Positions 24,115-37,110 of a DNA stretch of 64,000 nucleotides are shown piece after piece (position 1 is the stretch's first letter; each line of letters starts with the position of its first letter). The translations under genes were made by a program, and so were the position numbers. The DNA is from Eledone cirrhosa (lineage: Eukaryota). The stretch spans positions 434,001 through 498,000 of the forward strand of contig OZ024766.1 of NCBI GenBank assembly GCA_964016885.1, written 5' to 3'. The notes under the pieces were generated by a model that was given only the letters and a program-made list of their open reading frames with translations, did not search any database and was not told where the DNA came from.

Positions 24115-24747
24115 TCACATATCACAGTGATAAGGTTTTTCTCCTGTATGAAGACGTATGTGTTTCTTTAAGTGATCTGACTGAGAGAATGATTTACCAC
24201 AGAAATCACAGTGATAAGGTTTCTCTCCTGTATGAATACGTAAGTGCTTAGTTAAGTGACCCGACTCAGAGAATGATTTACCACAGATATCACAGTGATG
24301 AGGCTTCTCTCCTGTATGAGTACGTTTGTGTTTAGTTAAGGTACTTGATACAGAAAAGGATTTACCACAGATACCACAGTTATAAGGTTTCTCTCCTGTA
24401 TGAGTGTATTTGTGTCTACTTAAGCTATTTAATTGAGAGAATGATTTATCACAGATATCACATTGATGAGGTTTCTCTCCTGTATGAACACGTATGTGTT
24501 GAGTTAAGTGACCACCTTGAGAGAATGATTTACCACAGACATCACAGTGATGAGGCTTCGCTCCTGTATGAAGACGTATGTGTCTAGTTAAGTGATCATT
24601 TCGAGAGAATGATTTACCACAGATATCACAGTGATGAGGCTTCTCTCCTGCATGAATACGTATGTGTTGAGCTAAGTGACCAGCTTCAGAGAATGATTTA
24701 CCACAGATATCACAGTTGTATGATGATTTTTTGTTCCTCTTTGACAT
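24115..24747 (-). CDS. C2H2 zinc-finger gene 5, 210 aa, 7 fingers; different subfamily
   Basis: [16 protein letters not shown] fingers, no MEDVK leader; acceptor TTTTCTCTGTTATTTCAG ending at 25132; stop TGA at a Cys position. Confidence 0.85.
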   Translation of the reverse strand: MSKRNKKSSYNCDICGKSFSEAGHLAQHIRIHAGEKPHHCDICGKSFSRNDHLTRHIRLHTGAKPHHCDVCGKSFSQGGHLTQHIRVHTGEKPHQCDICDKSFSQLNSLSRHKYTHTGEKPYNCGICGKSFSVSSTLTKHKRTHTGEKPHHCDICGKSFSESGHLTKHLRIHTGEKPYHCDFCGKSFSQSDHLKKHIRLHTGEKPYHCDM

Positions 24748-25267
24748 CTCTTCAGGAAAAAAATATTTTTCCGCAGCAGAAAATAAGGATGTTTTTTCTT
24801 GGTCTTCTTTTTATAGTTTATTCCTAATAAATATTTTCAAAGTTAAATTTCCATCAACTTTTATCTTTGTTGACATCTGAAAATGATGCAAATTCCTTTA
24901 TAGATTTACCCAAGTTTAATAAGAATACTATATCTTCTTGTACACTTTCCAGATAGTGAGGAGATAAATTATTTAATGAACCTCAGTTCAGAAGAAATAC
25001 TTCACTGTAAGTCACCAAATGCTGATATAAAAAGACTTATATGAATACTGTGTAAAATGTTATGTTAGTTTTTGAAAGATGATATTGTTGATGTATCTGA
25101 AGTTAAAATTTCTCTTCAGTCATGTGATATTCTGAAATAACAGAGAAAACAAAATAAGATATGGAGAATGTTGAAATATGATTCAATAATGGAAATTTTA
25201 CATTTCTATATTGATAAACTGTATATATAAACTTTCAGCTGAATAATTAAATTTTTCAAATGTTTTT

Positions 25268-25790
25268 CTCCAACTCAAGGTGTAAAATATGATGAACAGC
25301 AGTGAGCTTAGAACCGAACCTTGATGAACTCCTACCTGTACCATGAATTCCCCATTAAACTCAGTCCCTACTCTGACTTTACTGACAGCTCCTCTGTAAA
25401 TAGCTTGCATTGCTCTCACAAACCATTCTTCTAGACCTAATTTCCATAAGGACCACCAGATAATAGATCAAGGTACTCTGTCAAAGGCCTTCACTTGATC
25501 TTCAAAAGCTAAATATAATCGTTTATTTTTGGCTAGGAACTTCTCATGTAGTTGTCTCACTAAGAAGAGGGCATCTGTAGTACTTTTGTCAGGCATGAAA
25601 CCAAACTGCATCTCATCTATTTTGAATATTTCCCCAATTAACTGTGCTATAACTCCTTTGATTACTTTCATAACATGGTCCATTAGTTTTATTCCTCTAT
25701 AGTTGCTCCTTTCTAGGGCATCACCTTTGCCCTTGTAGCAATTTATGATTGTACTGCTGCACCAGTCATTGGGTATGACTGTCATGTATT
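25268..25790 (-). mobile_element. LINE reverse-transcriptase fragment (RTE-like), disrupted
   Basis: IPNDW..YKGKGDALERSNYRGIKL..QFGFMP..STTDALF..KAFDRVP, then GVHQGSVLSSLLF. Confidence 0.92.
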
Positions 25791-25804
25791 TAACCAAATA
25801 TACA

Positions 25805-26252
25805 CCCCAATCCACTACCCCTACTCCATCTTCCCACTCCCAACACCACCCTCTCTCTATAAAGTTGGTACCACAACATCCAGTCCAAATAAATGAGATG
25901 AGATTGAGATCGTGTAGGTGTCACGAGAAAAAACACAGTCCACGCTGTAATGTGGTTGTGTAGGTAACATGGTAAAAAAGCTCCCAGTCCACACTGTAAT
26001 GTGGTCGTGTAGGTAACACGGTAAAAAGTTCCCAGTCCACACTGTAATGTGGCCGTGCAGGTAACACGGTAAAAAGTTCCCAGTCCACACTGTAATGTGG
26101 TTGGTGTTAGGAAGGGCATCCAGCCATAGAAAACCTGCCAGACAGTCCTATACGAGCGAGACACGGTCACCCGACCAACCTTGCCTCAAGTGGGACAACT
26201 CCCGTCTAACCCATGCTAGCGTGGAAAATGGACGTTAAACGATGATGATGAT
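25805..26252 (+). mobile_element. Retroposon 3' part with internal 48-bp tandem repeat and (GAT)n tail
   Basis: CCCAGTCCACACTGTAATGTGG at 25983, 26031, 26079; shared tail GGTGTTAGGAAGGGCATCCAGC. Confidence 0.75.
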
Positions 26253-28029
26253 GTTACTAGTTTGACTGCTATCTCTCCGGCTGTTTCTAACAGCTCAGTA
26301 ACTATCTCTGATGGTAGCGGGGGGAGAGTGTGGTAGGGTGTGTGTGGGGGAGGGCGGGGGTCATTTTTCTCCAACAACAGCTCGATTCACACTAACAAAT
26401 ATATATAAACATGTATTAGGAGTCTCTAAAGTACATCACTAAATGAAACAGTACTATACAGGGCCATTATAATATAGCAGAAATAAAGATACCTGTTTAA
26501 TAAGTTATTTTTATCTGTGATACACACACAAATAATTATGACCTTATGTAATGGAATTATGACTATAGTTTCTTCCAAACCTTCCCATGCAGCTCAGAAG
26601 ATTATGTTTTTTTCCTATGGTGTTTGTTGTATTTTAAACGAATCTGACCTTCAAAGACACCAAAACCAATAGGAAAGACATAAATTTTACCCCCAAAGGA
26701 AGACAGCTAGTTCTTCACAGTATTACAACCTTACTAAGTACAAACAACGTTAAGAAAACATGCGAAAATAATTGCCACCAGAGAAACCTCCAAGGGTCCC
26801 ACCTGCTCAGTTTCCTAGAAAATGAGTCGTTTCTGACTGATTTTGAGGTTAGGTTTGTTGGAAACACGAAAAAAACTAGGAAAATTAACAATTTCCCACC
26901 GGACAACTGACAGGTGCTTTTACTGTAAATTTACCTTAAATTAAAACAGATTTAGGCTAAAATGCAGATAGTTTTAATTTACCTAAAACAACAAAGTACA
27001 GCTGAATATAAAATATATATTATAATACAAGGTAGTGAAGAACATGATTAAATAGACGGAGGTAATTTAAATAATAAAGACACTTATAATAACAATCTAT
27101 TTTATATCACATGTAACAGTAGAATCTAGCTATTGTAAAATAAGACAACATTTCAGTCTAGAAGTATTTTCCTGTATATAAAAGTGACGAGGAAGAAATA
27201 TGTCCAAAGTTGTTAAATATTTTCACTTGTATATAATTACCGTATCGTTGAAAGGTTCACATAATTCTATTATTTACACACATTATTATAGACTTCAAGT
27301 AAATCTTTCTCAACTTACCCTCTTCACATGTAATCAATGTGTTGTCTTCTTATATTTTATTAAACAAAGAAATAATCTCTTTGTTGTTGTTGAATGAGAA
27401 TTTTCAAAGATTTTATCAGCTTTTCTTTGTCCGCCATTAATGTTTGGTGTATCTTCCTATTCTTTAGCCACAGATTCGTATCTTGTTACACTGAACAAGT
27501 AGAGCCGGCTTTTTGTTTTCAGATATAATAGTACGTATATTCTTCCCTGTCATTTTCGCCCCCACTGTCTCTCTTTTCTCCGTATGTGTGTAAATTTACA
27601 CACCTTTTCTTTCTCTGCCATTAACATTGCTGTATCTTCTTATTCCTTAGCCTCAGATTCGTATCTTGTCATAATAAACAAGTAGAGTGGGGTTTGCAAT
27701 TTTTTTGTTTTTGTCACTGAATTACGTATATCAACCCTGTCTTCCTCGATTGTTTATTGATGAGGCGAAACACGCTGATGAAGCCTCATAAGCCAATTGT
27801 GCATTGTTGCATAATATGTGCAGACGGATGGTGCACCGCTGCATTAAGTGTGGCCAAAACTCGAGTCCGGGAACTTATTATAGGCACCCGTTTTACGTGT
27901 GTTGTATTGAAGCGAATAACTATGTGTATACTCTGGGAATGTATCTTACATTGCCCATGGAATACGCTGAGATACATATGATAAATATGCTAGATCCTCC
28001 AACTGCTTATTATATATATATACACGATC

Positions 28030-28146
28030 TGAGTTCAAATCCCGCCGAGGTTGACTTTGCCTTTCATCCTTACGGGGTCGATAAAATAAAGTACCAGTAA
28101 TGCACTGGGTACTTGCTGGCCTTGTGCCTAAAGTAGAAACAATTAT
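28030..28146 (+). mobile_element. SINE family B, 5'-truncated
   Basis: GAGTTCAAATCCCGCCGAGG...AAGTAGAAACAATTAT. Confidence 0.85.
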
Positions 28147-28457
28147 ATATATATACACGTTTAAATAGCTTGACAAATTGAACATTGTGGTAGGCAAAAC
28201 CCCAAAATACAATACCAAAGTAACGAAAGAACTAATCAGGTTAGTTCTTTCGTTATAAATAAATGCCATTGTTAGTTAGTTTATTCATTAATTAACAATG
28301 GCATTTATTTATTTATTTATATATTTAATAATTGTCTATTACCAGTTTCAGTATTTTATGCATTATCAAAGGGGGGGAATTTGTATTGGTGTAGAATGTT
28401 GGTGATGTTGAACATATTAAGGAAATGGGGAAGAAAGAATAATATTATTTACAAACA

Positions 28458-28651
28458 AAGGCGGTGAATTGGCAGTATCGGTAGAGGGTCGGACGCCATG
28501 CTTTGACGTATAGAGTTACGGCCTTTGCCATTCTGAGTTCAAATCCCGCAGAGGTTAACTTTGCCTTTCATTCTTACGGGGTCGATAAAATAAAGTACCA
28601 GTAATGTACTGGGTAATTGCTGGCCTTGTGCCAAAAGTAGAAGCAATTATT
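28458..28651 (+). mobile_element. SINE family B, full length
   Basis: tRNA-like A and B boxes plus the family B body and tail. Confidence 0.9.
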
Positions 28652-28839
28652 TACAAACAAGCTTTTTGTATGTAAAAGGTAAACAGAAATAACAAAACAC
28701 AATCGGTACAGTATATGGAAGGTATATATTAGGTTAACGCTTGATATAGCAAATCTTCTATGCACAGCACCTAGGTCTCACTACCATGCAACATTGCTGT
28801 TCATATGCACGCATCATACAGTCTGCCTTTCGTTTTCAG

Positions 28840-29489
28840 GGAGAAGCCTTTTGAAGCCAGCAGTGGTATAGCTTAAAAATAATATGGTTTTACTCCAGTG
28901 TATTTTTTTGTCTTTATAAATGACCATTTGTAACAAAACTTTTCAAATATAGTTTTTCTCGAGTACATGTTCTTTTGTGTAAATGACCATTTGTAACAAA
29001 ATGTAATCCCCATATTTCTAAATGATATCGTTTTTCTCCAGTGTTCTTTCAAAAACAGTTTCTGACATAACATTCCCCACATTTTTAACAGGGATATAAT
29101 TTTTCTGCAGTATGTGTTGTTTTTTTTTTTGTTTTCAAATGATTGTTTTTCATGAAAGATTACCCACACATTTCATAGTGGCAAAGTTTGTTCCTCCAGT
29201 GTCAAACAAAATGAGAATTTCAAGTGAACACATATTTCACAGTGATGTTGTTTGTGTCCAGTGTGTTTGTGCTTATTAAAATCACTGCACCTGATGAAGT
29301 ATTTCACAATGGAAGTGTTTATTATTTTGTGAACAGTTAATCTACTGTTTTCAAGAAAACATTACCCACACATTTCACAGTGACAGGGTTTTACTCCAGT
29401 GTTACTACGTATGTCTCCAACAAGATAAGAATTTCAACGTATCAACTTTCCACATATTTCACAGTGATGTTGTTTGTCTACAGGTATGT
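28840..29489 (-). pseudogene. Decayed finger tail of gene 6
   Basis: Degenerate finger repeats; related to 52900-53440. Confidence 0.75.
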
Positions 29490-30155
29490 TTATTTAAAAA
29501 CTTGCAATCCACATTTTTCACAAGGGAAGTGTTTCTCTCCGGGGTGTCTTCTTATGTCAATAGATAGATCACTGTTACACAATAAAGATTTTCCACATAT
29601 GTCACAGTGATAGGGTTTTTCCCCAGTGTGACTACGTATGTGGTTAACAAGATAGGGTTTCCGAGTGAAAGATTTTCCACATAATTCACATTGGAAGGGT
29701 TTCTCTCCAGTGTGGCTACGTATGTGGCTAACAAGATTGGATTTCTGAGTGACAGATTTCCCACATATTTCACAATGGAAGGGTTTCTCTCCAGTGTGTG
29801 TTCTTTTGTGTCGTGACAAAGTAGATCTACGAACAAAATATTTCCCACATATTTCACATTTGAAGGGTTTCTCTCCTGTGTGTGTTCTTATGTGTCTACA
29901 TAAATCACGGCTACAGACAAAAGATTTCCCACATATTTCACAGTGTTTGTGTTTGCGTTTAGATAAATCATCTTCTGATGAAAAAGTTCTCCTACAAACC
30001 TCAGAGGTATATTCAGGAATATTTCTGTGTAATGATCCTTGTTCAGTACAGATTTCACTAGGTAACGGTTTCTCACCACTGTATGTCTGTGTAACTGTAT
30101 CTATATTGGTAGAAACAGGTGTGGTAGAAATGTCCAAGTGTTTAACGTCTTCCAT
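29490..30155 (-). CDS. C2H2 zinc-finger gene 6, 221 aa, 4 intact fingers; possibly decaying
   Basis: MEDVKHLDIS leader; first and last fingers degenerate; its upstream element has a 10-bp deletion. Confidence 0.75.
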   Translation of the reverse strand: MEDVKHLDISTTPVSTNIDTVTQTYSGEKPLPSEICTEQGSLHRNIPEYTSEVCRRTFSSEDDLSKRKHKHCEICGKSFVCSRDLCRHIRTHTGEKPFKCEICGKYFVRRSTLSRHKRTHTGEKPFHCEICGKSVTQKSNLVSHIRSHTGEKPFQCELCGKSFTRKPYLVNHIRSHTGEKPYHCDICGKSLLCNSDLSIDIRRHPGEKHFPCEKCGLQVFK

Positions 30156-30305
30156 TGTAATTCTTGAAGAATTCTCAAAATTCGAGAAGTGATTTGGGGT
30201 AAGAAATGGTCCTCTATGTACTTATATATATATATGATCGGGTGTGTATCGATGTATATAGAAGCAGTCATAACAAACTAGAATTGTTTACGACGAAAAG
30301 TAGAA

Positions 30306-30585
30306 AAGTACACAATATCTGCTGTGTTAACAATACAAATAATACGTACTTTATATTTCAAGTCCAAATGTAAAGTCAAGAAAGCTAATTGTTCAGATGT
30401 TGGTGATTTAAACCTATTTCTCACTGTCCTGTAAAATGTGGAACAACCAATTCACGATGTAGCGTAGTTTCTCATGAGATGGAATATTTAATCATGTAGG
30501 AGATGGAACACCTACCCTGGAACATGTAGCTCACTCTATGTTATCTACAGAATATTAACTTTCACCCTAATGTAAGATAATTGCT
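30306..30585 (-). promoter_or_regulatory. Conserved upstream element, copy 5 (10-bp deletion)
   Basis: Lacks ACCAGGAAAG relative to other copies. Confidence 0.85.
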
Positions 30586-30589
30586 ACCT

Positions 30590-32360
30590 AAAATATAATT
30601 AGATTAATTAAAGTTATAATTAAGATAGCAGGTACGTGATGTTGTTGTAAATGCTTCTCTTTCCGGTTTGTGACCGGTGTTATACGTTAAAAGTCCCTGA
30701 GATAATTTACTACATTTAGAAACACCTTCAGTTATATCAATTCACTCCATCAATTGTATCCAACCCAAGGTAAAAGCAACAATGTCACCCAGTAAAATAT
30801 AATAATAACATATCAACGAGGGAGTGTCTTACCTTTCTACTTAACCTGTTAGAAATAGCAGCCAAATCACAATCTACTGTCTTAAAACAAAGGAGTTAAA
30901 CATTCAGCAGTTTAGTCATATATATTTTCCTTAGGGCCTTGTGGTGTGTGGCTGATTGTCACATTCGGTGGTGAATTGTTGGTTGTTTTTGTTGGTAATT
31001 TCCTTTTCTTCAGCTTTCGCCAAATATTTAACCAGCTATATATATTTTTGATTTACATTTGTGAGGTTCCTAGCAATAGTTAATTGTATTTATATTTTCA
31101 TTTTCTAAGAACTATAAAAACAATTTGTAATGTTATTTATACAGTTGAATTATCGTATTTATATAGATCTATGTATCTATCTTATATATATAGACACAAT
31201 ATTTCCCACATATGTGAAAATGATATCGTTTTTCTCCAGTATGTGTTGTTTTGTCGGTCTTCAAACCAGTGTTTTCACAGTGACAGAAATTTTCTCCAGT
31301 GTCACTACATGTCTTCTACAAGATGAGAATTACATGTGAAAGACTTACCTTATATTTCAGTGATAGATCTTTGGATAAAGTAGCATTGCAGGATTTGTTC
31401 TGGATTTTAACACCCTGAGTTCAAATCCCACGGAGGTAAATTTTATATTTTATTTTTCTAGACTAGATAAAATATATTATATGTACTACGGGTGATTTAA
31501 TAAACTTTGCCCTTACCCCAAAATTGCTGGTCTTGAGCCTAATTTACCAATCAATACAGATTTAACAAGTTTGTTGCTTCAAATTTCTAAAAATACTTTC
31601 ATTTAGTGTGACTAGTGCAGTAAATTGGTAGAGCGTCAGACAACAAGCTTTGCATCATATAGTTATGTCCTGTTACGTTCTGAGTTCAAATCATGTGGAA
31701 GGTAGCTTTCCCTTTCATCCATACGGGGTTGACAAAATAAAGTACCAGTAATGCACTGAGGTTGATTTAATCAACTTTCCCCACCCCCAATATTGTTGGG
31801 CCTGTGCCTACATCAAATACCATTATTTACTGTGTCTAACAACACTCAGTAACCTATACTTTCACTACCCCAATGATACCAGCCAAGATAGTATCTCAAA
31901 ATTCTCTCTGACCAGCAGAAACCCAGGTACTAGTTGCCTCATGCCCCTGGCTAAGGACAGAATGGAGAAAGGGTTAACCTGGAGGCTAGTGAAGATGTGT
32001 TGAAGTAGCCATTAAAACCTCTGGGGGCCTCACAAGTTTTAAAACCAACAACGTCCAATAGAATTTTAAACATTTCAAATACCAATGAAGTGTTTGTGCT
32101 TGATTTATTCTAACTACTTTCAAGATATCATTACATATGGTGTTCATAACAGATATTTAGATGGTAAAATAACAAAAATATGGAATCAGACTTGACAAAT
32201 TCCTCAAATGTAACTCTTTACATAATAAAAAATAGATTGAATTTCAGGAGATAAATATAATTTATTTAATATATCATGAAAAACTGATAAATGATTTACA
32301 TAAAAAACAAAGAAAATGAAAATACGAATGAAGATAAAAACCAGGAAAATACTTTACATC
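30590..32360. repeat. Intergenic block of the tandem duplication unit
   Basis: Repeated at about 34530-36700, 39115-40850, partly 44490-44956, and inverted at 48690-50410; includes a finger relic (31195-31370) and old SINE remnants. Confidence 0.9.
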
Positions 32361-32774
32361 AATCACACACCACAACAGGGAATGTTGGTGTTGACCACTA
32401 GTATTTCTGAGACAGGGTTTCTCTCCAGTGTGTGTTCTTTTGTGTCTACATAAGTCATTGTTTGAAAGAAAAGATTTCCCACATATTTCACAGAGATAGG
32501 GTTTGTGTATGGATACTTCATCTTCTGATGAGAATGTTTTCCTATAAGTCTCACAGCTATATTCAGGAGTATTTCTATTTAATAATTCTTGTTCAGAACA
32601 TGTTTCATTGTGGAAGGATTATTCCCCAGTGTGAATACGTATATAATTATTAAGTATCCAACTCTCAGGAAAAGATTTCTCACATATTTCACAATGAAAG
32701 GGTTTCTCTCCAGGGTGTGTTCTTATGTGAGTAGATAGATCGCTGTTACACAGTGAAAATTTTCCACATATTTC

Positions 32775-34067
32775 TCAATGATAGGGTTTTTCCTCAGAGT
32801 GGCTACGTATGTGGCTAACAAGATTGGATTTCTGAGTGAAAGATTTCCCACATATTTCACAATGGAAGGGTTTCTCTCCCGTGTGTATTCTTTTGTGTAT
32901 AGTCAAATTACTGCTACTGCCAAAATATTTCCCACATATCTCACAACGGAAGGGTTTCTCTCCAGTGTGTGTTCTTATGTGTAGTGACAGAGAAGAGCTA
33001 TGACCAAAATATTTCCCACACATTTCACATTTGAAGGGTTTCTCTCCAGTGTGACTGCGTATATGATTATTAAGTACCCAACTGTCAGGAAAAGATTTCC
33101 CACATATTTCACAATGAAAGGGTTTCTCACCTGTATGTATTCCTTTGTGCCTAGTTAAATGATTCGCTCTAAGAAAAGATTTCCCACATATTTCACAATG
33201 GAAGGGTTTCTCTCCCGTGTGTGATCTTTTGTGTACAGTTAAATGACACCTTCTAACAAAGCATTTCCCACATATTTCACAACTAAAGGGTTTCTCTCCA
33301 GTGTGAGTACTTGTGTGTGCAGTCAAAGTTGAGCTTTTGAGAAAGGATTTCCCACATATTTCACAATGGAAGGGTTTCTCACCAGTGTGAATACGTATAT
33401 GATCATTAAGTATCCAACTCTCAGGAAAAGATTTCCCACATACTTCACAATGAAAGGGTTTCTCACCTGTATGTTTTCTTTTGTGTCTCGTTAAATGAGT
33501 GCTTGTCACAAAGCATTTCCCACATATTTCACAACTAAAAGGTTTCTCTCCAGTGTGAGTACTTGTGTGTGCAGTCAAAGTAGAGCTATGGCGAAAAGAT
33601 TCCCCACATATTTCACAATGGAAGGGTTTCTCTCCAGTGTGTGTTCTTTTGTGTGTAGTCAAATTACTACTACTGCCAAAATATTGCCCACAGATTTCAC
33701 AGTAATAGGGTTTTTCCCCAGTGTGGCTATGTATGTGTCTAACAAGATTGGATTTCTCAGTGAAAGATTTCCCACATATTTCACATTTGAAGGGTTTCTC
33801 TCCTGTGTGTGTTCTTTTGTGTCTACATAAATCACGGTTACAGACAAAAGATTTCCCACATGTCTCACAGTGTTTGTGTTTGTGTGTAGATAAATCATCT
33901 TCTGATGAGAAAGTTTTCCTACAAACCTCACAGCTATATTCAGGAATATTTCTGTGTAATGATCCTTGTTCAGTACACGTTTCACTAGGTAAATGTTTCT
34001 CCCCACTGTATGTCTGTGTAACTGTATCTATATTGGTAGAAATGTCCAAGGGTTTAACGTCTTCCAT
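32775..34067 (-). CDS. C2H2 zinc-finger gene 7, 430 aa, about 14 fingers
   Basis: MEDVK ATG at 34067; ends HSEEKPYH-TGA. Confidence 0.93.
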   Translation of the reverse strand: MEDVKPLDISTNIDTVTQTYSGEKHLPSETCTEQGSLHRNIPEYSCEVCRKTFSSEDDLSTHKHKHCETCGKSFVCNRDLCRHKRTHTGEKPFKCEICGKSFTEKSNLVRHIHSHTGEKPYYCEICGQYFGSSSNLTTHKRTHTGEKPFHCEICGESFRHSSTLTAHTSTHTGEKPFSCEICGKCFVTSTHLTRHKRKHTGEKPFHCEVCGKSFPESWILNDHIRIHTGEKPFHCEICGKSFLKSSTLTAHTSTHTGEKPFSCEICGKCFVRRCHLTVHKRSHTGEKPFHCEICGKSFLRANHLTRHKGIHTGEKPFHCEICGKSFPDSWVLNNHIRSHTGEKPFKCEMCGKYFGHSSSLSLHIRTHTGEKPFRCEICGKYFGSSSNLTIHKRIHTGEKPFHCEICGKSFTQKSNLVSHIRSHSEEKPYH

Positions 34068-34238
34068 TGTAATTCTTGAAGAATTCTCAAAACTCGAGCA
34101 GAGATATGACAATGTACGAGTAATTTAGGGTAAGAAATGGTCCTCTATGTACTTATATATATATATATGGTCAGGTGTGTATCGATGTATATAGGAGCAG
34201 TCCTAACAAACCCGGATTGTTCACCACGGATTGTAGAA

Positions 34239-34527
34239 AAGTACACAATATCTGCTGTGTTAACAATACAAATAATACGTACTTTATATTTCAAGTCCAA
34301 GTGTAAAGTCAAGAAAGACCAGGAAAGCTAATTGTTCAGATGTTGGTGATTTAAACCTATTTCTCACTGTCCTGTAAAATGTGGAACAACCAATTCACGA
34401 TGTAGCGTAGTTTCTCATGAAATGAAATATTTAATCATGTAGGAGATGGAACACCTACCCTGGAACATGTAGCTCACTCTATGTTATCTACAGAATATTA
34501 ACTTTCACCTTAACATGAAATAATTAC
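34239..34527 (-). promoter_or_regulatory. Conserved upstream element, copy 6
   Basis: Near-identical to other copies. Confidence 0.85.
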
Positions 34528-34745
34528 TACACAAGATATAATTAGATTAATTAAAGTATAATTAATATAGCAAGTACGTGATGTCGTTGGTAATGTTTCT
34601 CTTTCCGGTTTGTGACCGGTGTAAACACGTTAAAATTCCCTCCGATAATTAAATACATTTTTGGAAAACGTTCAGTTATATCAATTGACTCTATCAATTG
34701 TATCCAACCCAAGGTAAAAACAACAATGTCACCCAGTAAAATATA

Positions 34746-34916
34746 ATAGTTTCTACTTTTGGCACAAGGCCAGCAATTACCAGTGCATTACTGGTACTTT
34801 ATTTTATCGTCCCCGTAAGGATGAAAGGCAAAGTTAACCTCGGCGAGATTTGAACTCAGAATGGCAAGGACTGTAACTCCATACGTCAAAGCATGGCGTC
34901 CGACCCTCTACCGATA
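34746..34916 (-). mobile_element. SINE family B insertion specific to this unit
   Basis: Absent from the paralogous blocks at about 30800 and 39330. Confidence 0.88.
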
Positions 34917-35162
34917 ATAACATATCAACGAGGGAGTGTCTTACCTTTTTACTTAATCTGTTAGAAATAGCAGCCAAATCACAATCTACTGTCTTAAAAC
35001 AAAGGAGTTAAACAATCGGCAGTTTAGTCGTATATATTTTTCTTAGGGCCTTGTGGTGTGTGGCTGATTGCCACATTCGGTGGTGAATTGTTGGTAATTT
35101 CCTTTTCTTCAGCTTTCGCCAAATATTTAACCGGCTATATATATTTTTGTGATTTGCATTTG

Positions 35163-35415
35163 TCAAGACACTTTATTTCACATTGCTCCAGTTTACTCAG
35201 CTGTAGAAATGAGATGATAGGGACTGGGGTCCATATCATTCCACTGCAAAGTGGTCGTGGAGGTGCCACGGCAAAAAAGCACCCAGCACTCACTGTAAAT
35301 GAGGTTGGTGTTAGGAAGGGCATCCAGCTGTAGAAATCAAGCCAAAATCAGTTCCCGTCCCACCCTTGCAAGCAGGGAAAAGCGGACGTAAAATGAAATG
35401 ATGATGATGATGATG
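35163..35415 (+). mobile_element. SINE family A, 5'-truncated, specific to this unit
   Basis: Inserted in TTTGT^GAGGTTCC, which is uninterrupted at about 31060 and 39565. Confidence 0.88.
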
Positions 35416-36699
35416 AGGTTCCTAGCAATAATTAATATTTACATTTTCTAAGAACTATAAAAACAATTTGTAATGTTATTTATACAGTTGAATTATCGTA
35501 TTTATATAGATCTATGTATCTATCTTATATATATAGACACAATATTTCCCACATACTTGAAAATGATAACGTTTTTCTCCAGTATGTGTTGTTTTGTCAG
35601 TCTTCAAACCAGTGTTTTCACAGTGACAGGAGTTTTCTCCAGTGTCACTACATGTCTTCTACAAGATGAGAATTACGTGTGAAAGACTTACCTTATATTT
35701 CAGTGATAGATCTTTGGATAAAGTAGCATTGCATTATTTGTTCTGGCTTTTAACACCCTGAGTTCAAATGCAACTGAGGTAAATTTTATATTTTATTCTT
35801 CTAGACTAGATAAAATATATTATATGTACTACGGGTGATTTAATAAACTTTGCCCTTCCCCCAAAATTGCTGGTCTTGAGCCTAATTTACCAATCAATAC
35901 AGATTTAACAAGTTTGTTGCTTCAAATTTCTAAAAATACTTTCATTTAGTGTGACTAGTGCAGTAAATTGGTAGAGCGTCAGACAACAAGCTTTGCATCA
36001 TATAGTTATGTCCTGTTACGTTCTGAGTTCAAATCATGTGGAAGGTAGCTTTCCCTTTCATCCATACGGGGTTGATAAAATAAAGTAGCAGTAATGCACT
36101 GAGGTTGATTTAATCAACTTTCCCCACCCCCAATATTATTGGGCCTGTGCCTACATCAAATACCATTATTTACTGTGTCTAACAACACTCAGTAACCTAT
36201 ACTATCACTACCCCAATGATACCAGCCAAGACAGTGTCTCAAAATTCTCTCTGACCAGCAGAAACCCAGGTACCAGTTGCCTCATGCCCCTGGCTAAGGA
36301 CAGAATGGAGAAAGGGTTAACCTGGAGGATAGTGAGGCAGATGTGTTGAAGTAGCCATTAAAACCTCTGGGGCCTCACAAGTTTTAAAACCAACAACGTC
36401 CAATAGAATTTTAAACATTTCAATTACCAATGAAGTGTTTGTGTTTGATTTATTCTAACTACTTTCAAGATATCATTACATATGGTGTTCTTAACAGATA
36501 TTTAGGTGGTAAAATAACAAAACTATGGAATCAGACTTGACAAATTCCTCAAATGTAACTCTTTACTCAATAAAAATAGATTGAAATTTCAGGAGATAAA
36601 TATAATTTATTTAATATATCATGAAAAACTGATAAATGATTTACATAAAAAAACAAAGATGAAAATAAGAATGAAGATAAAAACCAGGAAAATACTTTG

Positions 36700-37110
36700 C
36701 ATCAACCACAGACCACAACAGGGAATGTTGGTGTGACCCCTAACATATCTGAGACAAGACACAGCATTACCTCAGGTGATAGAGGGTCCCTCAATCACAC
36801 ACCACAACAGGGAATGTTGGTGTTGACCCCTAACATATCTGAGACAAGACACAGCAAAAGGGTCCCTCAATTACACACCACAACAGGGAATGTTGGCGTT
36901 GACCCCTACCATATCTGAGACAAGGCACAGCATTACCTCAGGTGATACACAGTCCCTCAATCACACACCACAACAGGGAATGTTGGTGTTGACCTCTAGT
37001 ATTTCTGAGACAAGACACAGCATTACCTCAGGTGATAGAGGGTCCCTCAGTTACACACTACAGCAGGGAATGTTGGTGTTGACCCCTAACATTTCTGAGA
37101 CAAGACACCA
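36700..37110. repeat. 90-bp minisatellite, about 4.5 copies
   Basis: CACACCACAACAGGGAATGTTGGTGTTGACCCCTAACATATCTGAGACAAGACACAGCATTACCTCAGGTGATAGAGGGTCCCTCAAT. Confidence 0.92.

Noticed and set aside
32775-32777. TGA at Cys positions (also 24115, 37614, 48194, 62883) as selenocysteine codons
   Set aside because: TGT to TGA is one substitution, downstream fingers are decayed, three cases descend from one event, and no SECIS was seen (not formally searched).
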